A DNA stretch of 64,000 nt from Vampirovibrionaceae bacterium NZW_1234 (lineage in GTDB: Bacteria; Cyanobacteriota; Vampirovibrionia; Vampirovibrionales; JAGQHJ01). The notes under the pieces were generated by a model. It did no database searches and was not told where the DNA came from. It saw only the letters and a program-made list of their open reading frames with translations. The position numbers and the translations under genes were made by a program. Position 1 is the stretch's first letter; the number at the start of each line of letters is the position of its first letter. This document shows, piece after piece, positions 1 to 8,619 of the stretch. The DNA is taken from contig JBGUGD010000009.1 in assembly GCA_041697335.1 (NCBI GenBank), forward strand, positions 93,415-157,414, read 5' to 3'.

Positions 1-143
1 ATTTCAGCAGTCCAGTGAATATCTTAGTGATGTAGCCTACCCAAGGTTTAAGGATGAAATAAGCCGTTATTCATTCTTGTAATGAACAAAAAGAATTTTG
101 ATTACATTGGTTATTTACGGATAAGACACAGGAGACAATAAAA

Positions 144-665
144 ATGAGCGTTACTAGTGTTTTACTTTTCGGAACACCATTGGCAATTGGACAAGACCCA
201 AATACACCAAAGCGTCCAACTCAAACAGGCACGATTGACCCGGATGCAGGTCGTGATAGTAATCCAGTCGTTGGCCCGGGAACAACAGGGACACAAAACA
301 ATGTGTTTAAGCCTGGGCAGGTAAAAGTTGATGATAAACGTGGGACGGAGGTCACGGGTGCATCTTCCGGAAATTCGCCTCAAACGGTGTTTAAGCCAGG
401 TCAAGTAAAAGTAGATGACACGCGCGGGACCGAAGTTGTAAAAGCACCGGTCGTAAATGTCCCTGCACCAACGGCCCCAACACCTGCAGTGACGTACTAC
501 CAACCGGTAAAAACCACAGATCCCGATGATGAATTGGTTTATGATGATACTTGTGGTAATGACGTCTATTATACCCGTCGTCAATTGCGAGAGAAAGAGG
601 AAGCTATTCAGCGCGCACGCCCAAATGACACACCTCCAAGCTCTGATCCCTATGACAACTACTAA
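144..665 (+). CDS. Array protein 1: conserved head, 2x FKPGQVKVDDxRGTEV module, DDELxYxDxCGND-type tail
   Basis: SD-like AGGAG upstream; the first ~290 nt are nearly identical to 729..1250; motif shared with 9 downstream ORFs. Confidence 0.85.
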   Translation: MSVTSVLLFGTPLAIGQDPNTPKRPTQTGTIDPDAGRDSNPVVGPGTTGTQNNVFKPGQVKVDDKRGTEVTGASSGNSPQTVFKPGQVKVDDTRGTEVVKAPVVNVPAPTAPTPAVTYYQPVKTTDPDDELVYDDTCGNDVYYTRRQLREKEEAIQRARPNDTPPSSDPYDNY

Positions 666-728
666 CAGCTCATATAAAGAAAGACACACGTAAATTAAAT
701 TGATAATTCGTAGGAGGACAACGATATA

Positions 729-1250
729 ATGAGCGTTACGAGTGTTTTGCTATTTGGGACACAGCTCGCAATTGGACAAGACCCAAATACACCAAAGCGT
801 CCAACTCAAACAGGTACGGTTGACCCGGATGCAGGTCGTGATAGTAATCCAGTCGTTGGCCCGGGAACAACAGGGACACAAAACAATGTGTTTAAGCCTG
901 GGCATGTAAAAGTTGATGATAAACGTGGAACGGAGGTCACGGGTGCATCTTCCGGAAATTCACCTCAAATGGTGTTTAAGCCAGGTCAAGTAAAAGTAGA
1001 TGACACGCGCGGGACCGAAGTTCTGAAGACGCCAATTGGCGATACTCTGAGACCAACAAAGCCAACATCTGTGGTTAATAACTATCCACTGGTAATAACC
1101 ACAGATCCTGATGATGAATTGGATTATACTGACTCCTGTGGTAACGATATTTACTTTACTCGGCGTCAGGTACGTGAAAAATGGGAAGCTGTTCAACGGG
1201 CAAGAGCAAATAGCAGACCCTCAAGCTCTGAATCCTATGACGACAATTGA
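729..1250 (+). CDS. Array protein 2 (recent duplicate of protein 1)
   Basis: AGGAGG upstream; same length (173 aa) and homologous tail to 144..665. Confidence 0.85.
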   Translation: MSVTSVLLFGTQLAIGQDPNTPKRPTQTGTVDPDAGRDSNPVVGPGTTGTQNNVFKPGHVKVDDKRGTEVTGASSGNSPQMVFKPGQVKVDDTRGTEVLKTPIGDTLRPTKPTSVVNNYPLVITTDPDDELDYTDSCGNDIYFTRRQVREKWEAVQRARANSRPSSSESYDDN

Positions 1251-1317
1251 ATACTCAAGTAAGAGACGAAAATAACTTGAAGAAATTAATTGGATAGAAT
1301 ATGGAGTAAATTGGAAA

Positions 1318-1740
1318 ATGAGCTTTGGAACCATAGCAATGATGTCATTAACAACCACATTACCTTGGAAGTTTATTCCAGAAGATACGCCAAAGAGAGA
1401 AAGTAATGCCAATAAAATTGAAGATACCAGTGGCAATGGAACACAGACAACAGGATCGTCTTCTGGGGGTTCTTCTAACAACTATTTTAAACCAGGTCAA
1501 GGGAGAGTAGATGATACCCGCGGAACAGAAGTCGCGAAGACAGGTACTGCTGCAAAGCAACCATCATCGGCAGTATCAACGAGCAACAGCGAGTCTTTGT
1601 TTGCTGAAAAAGAAATTATGATTTTATGGGGAGTTAATATGAAGGTAGTTTATTTTAATGCTCCTATTAAAAGCGTTCCTTCTTCTACGGAGCAAAACCC
1701 TGAAATTCCTAAGTATCTTCGTGACTTACATGGCCTGTAA
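1318..1740 (+). CDS. Array protein 3: 1 module, unique tail
   Basis: MSFGTIAMM head, DTPKR, FKPGQGRVDDTRGTEV. Confidence 0.8.
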   Translation: MSFGTIAMMSLTTTLPWKFIPEDTPKRESNANKIEDTSGNGTQTTGSSSGGSSNNYFKPGQGRVDDTRGTEVAKTGTAAKQPSSAVSTSNSESLFAEKEIMILWGVNMKVVYFNAPIKSVPSSTEQNPEIPKYLRDLHGL

Positions 1741-1846
1741 ATATTCTTTTACCCAGTAGTAAGAGTTTTCTATTCTCTATTACCGATAACTACAATATAC
1801 AAGGTATGAATATCATTATTTCGCAAAACTAAGGAGGAATTGGACA

Positions 1847-2362
1847 GTGACATTTGGAACCATTGCAATGATGACACCTTGGAGTTTCGGTCAGGATCCG
1901 GATACGCCAAAAAAAACCAGTAATGCTAAAAATGTTGATGATTCTGGTGGCCTTGGCACCTATTTTGGAGGTAATTCAACCGTTAATCCTGGTGGAAGTA
2001 ACGCAACAAGTGTATTCAAGCCCGGTAAAGTCAAGGTTGATGATGCCCGGGGTACTGAAACGAAAGGGGCAACCCCTGGAGGAGGAGGTTCTAAGTCGGT
2101 ATTTAAACCTGGTCAAACAAAGGTTGATGATACTCGGGGGACTGAAGTGAAGACTCCGCCCGTGGTAGCTAAACCTGCAACTCCTTCTGAGGAAAAAAAG
2201 GAACCTTATAATCCTGGTTATCGATCCGAGTCAGAACCACCACCAGGCTACTACTGGGATTACAGTGACGTTGTTGCTGGCGGAGGGGGGCCTGATTTGA
2301 AACCTATTCCTGGGTATCGTCCTTCTGCACCTCCGCCTGAGTTTGATCCGAATGATTTTTAG
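1847..2362 (+). CDS. Array protein 4: 2 modules, PPxGYYWDxSD-type tail
   Basis: AAGGAGG plus GTG start; MTFGTIAMM head; tail homologous to 6640..7155. Confidence 0.85.
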   Translation: MTFGTIAMMTPWSFGQDPDTPKKTSNAKNVDDSGGLGTYFGGNSTVNPGGSNATSVFKPGKVKVDDARGTETKGATPGGGGSKSVFKPGQTKVDDTRGTEVKTPPVVAKPATPSEEKKEPYNPGYRSESEPPPGYYWDYSDVVAGGGGPDLKPIPGYRPSAPPPEFDPNDF

Positions 2363-2378
2363 TCATCTTCGCTAGCCT

Positions 2379-2424
2379 TAAAAGTGACAATGCAAGGTGT
2401 TTTGCCTTGCTTTTGTCACTTTTA
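2379..2424. terminator. Hairpin/intrinsic terminator after array protein 4
   Basis: taaaagtgaca...tgtcactttta inverted repeat. Confidence 0.6.
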
Positions 2425-2568
2425 ACTTTAATCCTGGTCTATAATAGCTATGCTTTATGCAATCTGTTTTTATAAGATGCATTGTTTTTTGCTATGAGAT
2501 TGAACATATTTTGTTCTGTTCTAGAAATAGAGTGCTATAAAGTCCTTGAACTTAATGAGCATAAGTAT

Positions 2569-2607
2569 TTACATTCTCACAACATTTCCGAATTACTTGT
2601 TTTAAAG
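2569..2607 (+). promoter_or_regulatory. Shared promoter-like motif (variant TTAC-N26-GTTTTAAA)
   Basis: Same TTAC-N26-GTTTT spacing as the copies at 3659, 4736, 5845 and 8267. Confidence 0.5.
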
Positions 2608-2665
2608 CAAATAATAGCTCGTTTTACAGATTGAGGGTAGTATCTAATCGCCTAAGTTAGGGGTT

Positions 2666-3562
2666 ATGAGTATGATTTATTTAAATATAGGAACTTGGAT
2701 GCCTACACTGGTGTCTGATCAAGAGAAGCAGAAACGTCATAGTTCGGCAAAAAATATTGATGACTCAAGTGGTTCTGATGCAAAGACCAGCGATAGAGGA
2801 GCACAATCTTCAGAGAAACCAAAAACGGCTTTTGGCCCTGGTAAAGTTAAAGTGGATGATAGTTCCGGGATGCAAAAAAAACAAGATGAAAAGAGGGCAA
2901 CTGATAAGACTAAAAACTATTTTCGGCCAGGAAAAGTGAAAGTTGACGATTCTCGTGGTACAGAGAAAAGTCAGACCAGCAAGGATGATAAGTCCAAAAG
3001 CTATTTTCGGCCAGGAAAAGTCAAAGTTGATGATTCACGTGGTACAGAAAATACAAAAAAAGCAGAGCCAAAGGTTGTTGTAAAGACAACAGAGGTTAAG
3101 GTTACAGAGCAAAAGGTTAAGGCTGTATTTGATACTTTGGAAAAGGTCAATTTTACTAATCTTTATGGTAAGCGCAGCGATCGGTTAGACCCAACCAAGA
3201 CGCCAAACCCCGATATGGTGATGGCACTGAAGGCACTAAAAGATGTTGGGTTTGATCCTGGTCTTCCCTATGATAAACAACCACCAGCTGCGCAAGAAAT
3301 GATTCGACGGCTCCGCGATAAATATCGTAACCAAGAACGCTCCATTGACGATGACACAACAGATTCGGTCTATAACCGGATGTCTAGGGAACATCGTAAA
3401 AGAACGACTGATGAGGAAATTCGTCGCATGCTTTATCGAATGTATTCCAGCCATACTTTACAAAGTGAACGTCGGGAAGCCGGCTTTGATACGGATTATT
3501 GGGGTAATCATCTAGATTTTATTCCAGATAAGCAGGTTCTGGGTTACCGGAGTAAATATTAA
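2666..3562 (+). CDS. Array protein 5: 3 modules, long charged tail
   Basis: FGPGKVKVDDSSG, 2x FRPGKVKVDDSRGTE. Confidence 0.85.
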   Translation: MSMIYLNIGTWMPTLVSDQEKQKRHSSAKNIDDSSGSDAKTSDRGAQSSEKPKTAFGPGKVKVDDSSGMQKKQDEKRATDKTKNYFRPGKVKVDDSRGTEKSQTSKDDKSKSYFRPGKVKVDDSRGTENTKKAEPKVVVKTTEVKVTEQKVKAVFDTLEKVNFTNLYGKRSDRLDPTKTPNPDMVMALKALKDVGFDPGLPYDKQPPAAQEMIRRLRDKYRNQERSIDDDTTDSVYNRMSREHRKRTTDEEIRRMLYRMYSSHTLQSERREAGFDTDYWGNHLDFIPDKQVLGYRSKY

Positions 3563-3658
3563 ACTTAATCCTGATTGCCGCTTGCAATGTACAGATTTGA
3601 TTTTGCTTAATAGTATATCTTTGTATGTGCAATGTATTTACTTTGTCGCAATATATGA

Positions 3659-3697
3659 TTACAATATGGCACGAAATGTCTTAATAAAGTTTTTATA
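3659..3697 (+). promoter_or_regulatory. Shared promoter-like motif TTAC..CACGA-N14-GTTTTTATA
   Basis: Fixed-spacing motif repeated upstream of multiple orphan genes. Confidence 0.65.
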
Positions 3698-3765
3698 ATT
3701 ATAGGTTTAATTAAGTGCCGAATTGGCAATGTGTTTAGGCAGTATAATTTTGAGGGACACTGGAC

Positions 3766-4569
3766 ATGGGATACGGAAATTTAATATCAAAAGTAGGTGC
3801 TTATGCGATAGGGCAGAGTGAAGTAACACCTAAATTACCAAGCTCTGCAGGTAAGATCTCAGATAGCAGTGGTTCTGAAATTGGGCTTGGTGGCGGCTCA
3901 TTTGAAAAGCCAAAAGTGCTGTTTAAGCCAGGGCTTGTTAAGGTAGATGATGTCCGTGGAACAGAAATTCCAACAGCTAAGGCACCTGAGCCAAAGGAGC
4001 CTGCTACTCCTCCAACACCGCCGGCGCAACCGACACGTTATTCCTCACAGGCTGAAATGCGTCGAGATTTTGACCAAGTCTTGGATAGACTGACTGCAGG
4101 TGCAAACTTAAAGGGAAGTAATGAGTTTCAAGGGAACCGGGGTGATCGAACTCGCTTTGTTCAGGCCGCTGGGGCATTAGAAAGTTTACAGCCCGGAGGT
4201 ACATTGAATGAAACAACACGTAGTAATTTGACGTATCTCGGCTTTACTAACGATGATATTGATCGGATGCAAACTGATGGCCGTTATCGTAATCTGACGC
4301 GTAGGATTTTAACCTATATCGACCAAAACTGGGGTGATAGTGGAACTAGCGGGGTTAATTATATAACTGATGATAATGGTAATGAGGCCAATTGTGGTGG
4401 ATGTATTTCAGATAATGACTTGTTAGGACTGCGTTATGGTGGTACATCTAATCCACCGTTATTCAATGATAGAGGCATATTGTTTTGGGACTCCAGCTAT
4501 AACTATAACGGCAACGCTGATAGACATCATAAGGCCCTGATTGATACTCTTCATAAAAATTGCCTTTAA
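3766..4569 (+). CDS. Array protein 6: 1 module, Pro linker, putative globular tail
   Basis: MGYGN head, PSSAGKISDSSGSE, FKPGLVKVDDVRGTE. Confidence 0.85.
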   Translation: MGYGNLISKVGAYAIGQSEVTPKLPSSAGKISDSSGSEIGLGGGSFEKPKVLFKPGLVKVDDVRGTEIPTAKAPEPKEPATPPTPPAQPTRYSSQAEMRRDFDQVLDRLTAGANLKGSNEFQGNRGDRTRFVQAAGALESLQPGGTLNETTRSNLTYLGFTNDDIDRMQTDGRYRNLTRRILTYIDQNWGDSGTSGVNYITDDNGNEANCGGCISDNDLLGLRYGGTSNPPLFNDRGILFWDSSYNYNGNADRHHKALIDTLHKNCL

Positions 4570-4578
4570 TATCGTATT

Positions 4579-4609
4579 ACTGGGTGAGCAATTCAATTGC
4601 TCACCCAGT
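4579..4609. terminator. Hairpin after array protein 6
   Basis: actgggtgagcaatt-c-aattgctcacccagt palindrome. Confidence 0.6.
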
Positions 4610-4735
4610 TCGTATCAGTCAAAATCAATAATAATAATAACTTGGCGGCTTTAATTCCACCAAGTCAAAACGGTGTGGCTCTGAGACTATATGAAAAAAC
4701 AGACTTTTAAGTCAGGTAAAATTGTAAAAAATTGC

Positions 4736-4774
4736 TTACGATTTCTCACAAAATTCCTTAAGAAAGTTTTTATA
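4736..4774 (+). promoter_or_regulatory. Shared promoter-like motif TTAC..CACAA-N14-GTTTTTATA
   Basis: ccttaagaaagtttttatatt is identical to the copy at 5865-5885. Confidence 0.7.
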
Positions 4775-4845
4775 TTAATAGACCCACACGATGATGTTTA
4801 TTAATTATGGCACTGTGGACAATAAGATTTTAGAGGACAAAGGAC

Positions 4846-5412
4846 ATGGGATTCGGAAATATTGCAATCATGACAGGTGCAATGGCCTTGGGCCAAAGTC
4901 CTGATACTCCGAGCCGGCCGAGTTCTGCCGGAAATATTAGTGACAGTAGCGGTTCGGAAGTCACATCTAGTGGCAGTGGCGCGAAGTCTACAGGAGCCCA
5001 ATCAGGTTCTCCATTTCGGCCAGGTCAGGTAAGAGTGGATGATAGCCGTGGTACAGAAGTAACATCTACTGGTGGACCTGGAGGCAAACCTACTGCGTTT
5101 AAACCGGGCCAAGTACGGGTCGATGATACTCGTGGAACCGAGGTCAGGAATAATAATAATCCTCCACCGGCAGTATTTACACCGCCGTCACCCCCTCCAA
5201 TAGTGGAGCGTCGGCTTATTTTGACTAACCAGAATTGTTGTATCGGTTGCCACCCGAGCGCACCTTCTTATCGGGGTGTTGCTAATCCAGGGTTTGGTTC
5301 TAATAGAGATATGCCAGACTTAAGCACATTCTTTAACCAATCTCGTCGTGGTGCTAGTCCATCACGCTTAACAGATGACGAAATAAGGGCGCTCTTGGCT
5401 CCAAAGCGTTAA
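4846..5412 (+). CDS. Array protein 7: 2 modules, Cys-containing tail (NCCIGCH)
   Basis: MGFGNIAIMT head; conserved modules. Confidence 0.85.
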   Translation: MGFGNIAIMTGAMALGQSPDTPSRPSSAGNISDSSGSEVTSSGSGAKSTGAQSGSPFRPGQVRVDDSRGTEVTSTGGPGGKPTAFKPGQVRVDDTRGTEVRNNNNPPPAVFTPPSPPPIVERRLILTNQNCCIGCHPSAPSYRGVANPGFGSNRDMPDLSTFFNQSRRGASPSRLTDDEIRALLAPKR

Positions 5413-5844
5413 TTATAGCTATTTCAGCTTTGAACGTTTGCCAAAATAACTTGTTTTTCACTCAAAATTATTAATGAAATTAGTTGAGCAAGAAGTTTTT
5501 CAATTAGATTGAAAAACTTCTTGTTAGTTCCGGCTGTATCTATAAAGTGTCCACGCATTTAACATTTCAGGTTATGAATTTTTGAGTAGTATTCAATTAA
5601 AGCTCCCCTTTAACTAATGCTTGTTCGAGTTTTCTAATTGATCCAGTTTTAAAGGGGTATTTTCTACGGGAAGAAATTCAATGTTCTATAAAAAAGTTCT
5701 CGCATTATTTCTAAAGTAAAGTGTTCTGTGCTGATGTTCGTTGCTAATTTAGCTTGCACTCAGGCCAATGTTTGCAGTTTAAGTATTGCTTTCTAGAGAG
5801 GATAACGTAAAGAGTTGATGCAATTTATGAATGTAAAGTTTGAG

Positions 5845-5883
5845 TTACAGAAAAGCATAAATTACCTTAAGAAAGTTTTTATA
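5845..5883 (+). promoter_or_regulatory. Shared promoter-like motif TTAC..CATAA-N14-GTTTTTATA
   Basis: Fixed-spacing motif. Confidence 0.7.
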
Positions 5884-5957
5884 TTTATATATACAAATAT
5901 GGCATAGGTTAATAAGACTAGGTTAATGGACAATAGGACTTATGGAGGTCTGTGGAC

Positions 5958-6593
5958 ATGGGATACGGAAATATTGCAATTATGACAAGTTCTTTGGCGA
6001 TGGGGCAAAATGCTGATACTCCCCGTCGTCCGAGCTCTGCTGGAAACATTAGTGACAGTAGTGGTTCGGAAGTCACGTCTGGTGGTGGCGGTGCACAATC
6101 TGCTGGAGGCCAATCAGGTTCTCCATTTCGGCCAGGCCAAGTAAGAGTGGATGATAGCCGCGGTACAGAAGTAACATCTACCGGTGGAGCTGGAGGCCAA
6201 TCAGGTTCTCCATTTCGGCCAGGTCAAGTTCGTGTAGATGATACTCGCGGTACAGAAAGAGCGAGTACTTCAGGTCGACAAGCTACTGTACCATCATCTA
6301 CTTTAACAACAACGCCTTCGTACTCTAGCTTCCCCAGTTATGGTGGCCCAGGCCCAGGTATGGTACCAGTGACTGTTGGTGGTTGGGGTCCTTATGGAGG
6401 AGGTCCTGCCGGAACACCAGGCATTGGTTCAGGCCCTCAAATTGTAGGTTATAGACCGGCCGGAGGCTACGGGGCCTATGGTGGTCCTGGTGGTGGTGGT
6501 TATACCGGCGGTGGCTACGGCTCTTATGGTGGTGGTGGCTATGGCTCCTCTGGTGGGGGGTATGGATCCTATGGCGGTGGCTTCCGTCGATAA
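5958..6593 (+). CDS. Array protein 8: 2 modules, Gly/Tyr-rich tail
   Basis: GGAGG upstream; ATG at 5958 (ggacATGgga context shared with paralogues) preferred over GTG 5952. Confidence 0.85.
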   Translation: MGYGNIAIMTSSLAMGQNADTPRRPSSAGNISDSSGSEVTSGGGGAQSAGGQSGSPFRPGQVRVDDSRGTEVTSTGGAGGQSGSPFRPGQVRVDDTRGTERASTSGRQATVPSSTLTTTPSYSSFPSYGGPGPGMVPVTVGGWGPYGGGPAGTPGIGSGPQIVGYRPAGGYGAYGGPGGGGYTGGGYGSYGGGGYGSSGGGYGSYGGGFRR

Positions 6594-6639
6594 ATGTTTA
6601 TTGATGATTTAGGCTTATGGACAATGGAGGACAATAGAT

Positions 6640-7155
6640 ATGGGATTTGGTAATCTCGCATTAATCACAAGTGCTTATGCGATGGGGCAAAGTCCTGATA
6701 CCCCACGCCGTCCTAGCTCTGCAGGAAATATTTCTGACAGTAGTGGAACAGAAATTGGTGGTGGCGGTAATGGACAGCAACCTGGGGCTGTTCCCGGGAA
6801 TCCTTTCCGACCTGGGCAAGTCCGAGTTGATGATACCCGTGGAACGGAGCGGCCTGGTCAAGGCGGACCCGGCGGAGTATCTGGAGGCGCATTTAGGCCA
6901 GGTCAGGTAAGAGTTGACGATACACGCGGTACTGAAAGAAGACCGCCTGCTACTGTACCAACCACACCGACTACTACCTATTCAAGCTCAAGCTCAAGTA
7001 CTAGCTCAGGAAGTGGTGAAGATTATAATAATCCACCTGCCGGATATTATTGGGATTTCAGTGACACTTGCGGTGGGCTGCCTACATTAAGACCCATCCA
7101 AGGGTATCGTCGTACACCTCCTCCAACTTACGATGAAGATTGGTGTAACGGATAA
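6640..7155 (+). CDS. Array protein 9: 2 modules, PPxGYYWDxSD-type tail
   Basis: GGAGG upstream; tail homologous to 1847..2362. Confidence 0.85.
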   Translation: MGFGNLALITSAYAMGQSPDTPRRPSSAGNISDSSGTEIGGGGNGQQPGAVPGNPFRPGQVRVDDTRGTERPGQGGPGGVSGGAFRPGQVRVDDTRGTERRPPATVPTTPTTTYSSSSSSTSSGSGEDYNNPPAGYYWDFSDTCGGLPTLRPIQGYRRTPPPTYDEDWCNG

Positions 7156-7348
7156 AATACTCACTCACTTCATAATAATCGAATGTCATTATATCTAGCC
7201 CAATGATTTTCAGCATTCAAACCATGCAACCTGGGGTGTTGTTCGTAATCATTGGGCTAGACTTATTTAGAGAGCATTGCACATTTAGACTCACTATATT
7301 GGACAAAACGTACAGGGTTAATTTCTAGAAATAGAAGGAAAATTTGCT

Positions 7349-7966
7349 ATGGGTTACACGACAATAATTGATAGAGCCGTTCTTAGAGCCATTGGACAAG
7401 ATGCAACCACGCCAAGACGACCAAGTGCTGCAGGAAATATTAATGATAATAGTGGTAGCGAGGTGAACTCTGGGAGTTTATTAATCCCTACAGGGGAGAC
7501 TTCTCAAAATGTTTTCCGACCTGGAAAAATTGCAGTGGATGACACTCGTGGAGTGGAAGTCAATAAAAATGCAGTTTCTGGTTTATCTAACAATTATTTC
7601 CGACCGGGGCAGGTAAAAGTAGATGATGAACGTGGAACGGAAGTCAATAAAAATGCAGTTTCTGGCTCATCTAACAATTATTTCCGACCGGGGCAGATAA
7701 AAGTAGATGACAAGCGTGGGACAGAGGTTGTGGTTTCACCTGCTCTGCAGCCAGTGTCATCTACTGGAGTTAATCATGCTCCAAATCTAAATGGAGTCCA
7801 ATTTACAAACCATGTGCCAGGAACATTTGGGTTTGGGGGGGCTCCTCCTGGCTCCTTCGGAGGCCCTCCATTTGGACCCTTCTATCCGGGCTTTGCTGGA
7901 AATCCACATGGTTTTCACGGATCATCTTATGGTGGAAGCTTCACTGGAGGCTCGGTATATCGCTAA
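7349..7966 (+). CDS. Array protein 10: 3 modules, Gly/Phe/Pro-rich tail
   Basis: AIGQDATTPRRPSAAGNINDNSGSEV head; 84-nt tandem duplication at ~7556-7723. Confidence 0.85.
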   Translation: MGYTTIIDRAVLRAIGQDATTPRRPSAAGNINDNSGSEVNSGSLLIPTGETSQNVFRPGKIAVDDTRGVEVNKNAVSGLSNNYFRPGQVKVDDERGTEVNKNAVSGSSNNYFRPGQIKVDDKRGTEVVVSPALQPVSSTGVNHAPNLNGVQFTNHVPGTFGFGGAPPGSFGGPPFGPFYPGFAGNPHGFHGSSYGGSFTGGSVYR

Positions 7967-8266
7967 ATTATGGTTTTCAGCTGACCTGTAAATATGCTAC
8001 TGAACTCAATCAGGTTAAGAGAACTAGCTACTTCTTGGTTTAAAATCCCGATAACAAAAGTTTTAGGTGGTTCTGACAGTATTGGGAGTGGATTATCATC
8101 CACTCCCTTAGCTTTTAAGACTTTTCTAAGTACTTCCTATCGATCTTTAAATAGTTATTAAAGAATGAGCTTTAAAGGAGTGTCCAGTATAAGCGTTTGC
8201 GTAGAAGCTGCATAAAATAGACTATGTATGATCAATTTTTAAAAAAACACTTTTTGAATCATTGTG

Positions 8267-8305
8267 TTACAAGCTATTAAAATTAAGAATTAATTAGTTT
8301 TTATA
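8267..8305 (+). promoter_or_regulatory. Shared promoter-like motif TTAC-N26-GTTTTTATA upstream of the long leader of 8620
   Basis: Fixed-spacing motif. Confidence 0.6.
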
Positions 8306-8619
8306 TATATGGGGAAATTCTGAAAAATAACAATACAGAGTGAATGACGAGAAATATTAGAGGGAAATAGTATGTATTCAGCAGGTTTAACTTTGATCGA
8401 TTTTAAAGGCGGCGTATTCTAACGCCTCCCTTTACATGGCAGCGTACTGTGCGTTTTTGCTTTGAAGTACGCTGCCCATATTTATTTTTCCAAATTGATT
8501 AAAATGCTCAGCGAGCTGCTGCACAGCACAGATAACGTGCTGGGTCTCAAGTTCGTAGGAAATCGAGATGAGCGAAACTGCGATAAAAAATTTGACACAC
8601 GAGGGGGGTACTCAAACTT

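Noticed and set aside
1760..1792. sigma28-like CCGATAA before array gene 4 (also near 8048)
   Set aside because: No TAAA at the canonical 15-nt spacing; isolated matches.
144..7966. Array as multi-core RiPP (graspetide-like) precursors
   Set aside because: The module does not match known graspetide cores (TxKYPSD, TTxxxxEE), the tails are long, and no ATP-grasp ligase, peptidase or transporter is adjacent in the window. Not excluded if such genes lie to the left of position 1.
144..7966. Repeated DNA modules as a CRISPR array or DGR template/variable repeats
   Set aside because: The repeats are in frame with synonymous variation and irregular spacing; there is no cas or reverse transcriptase gene and no evident adenine-specific mismatch pattern.
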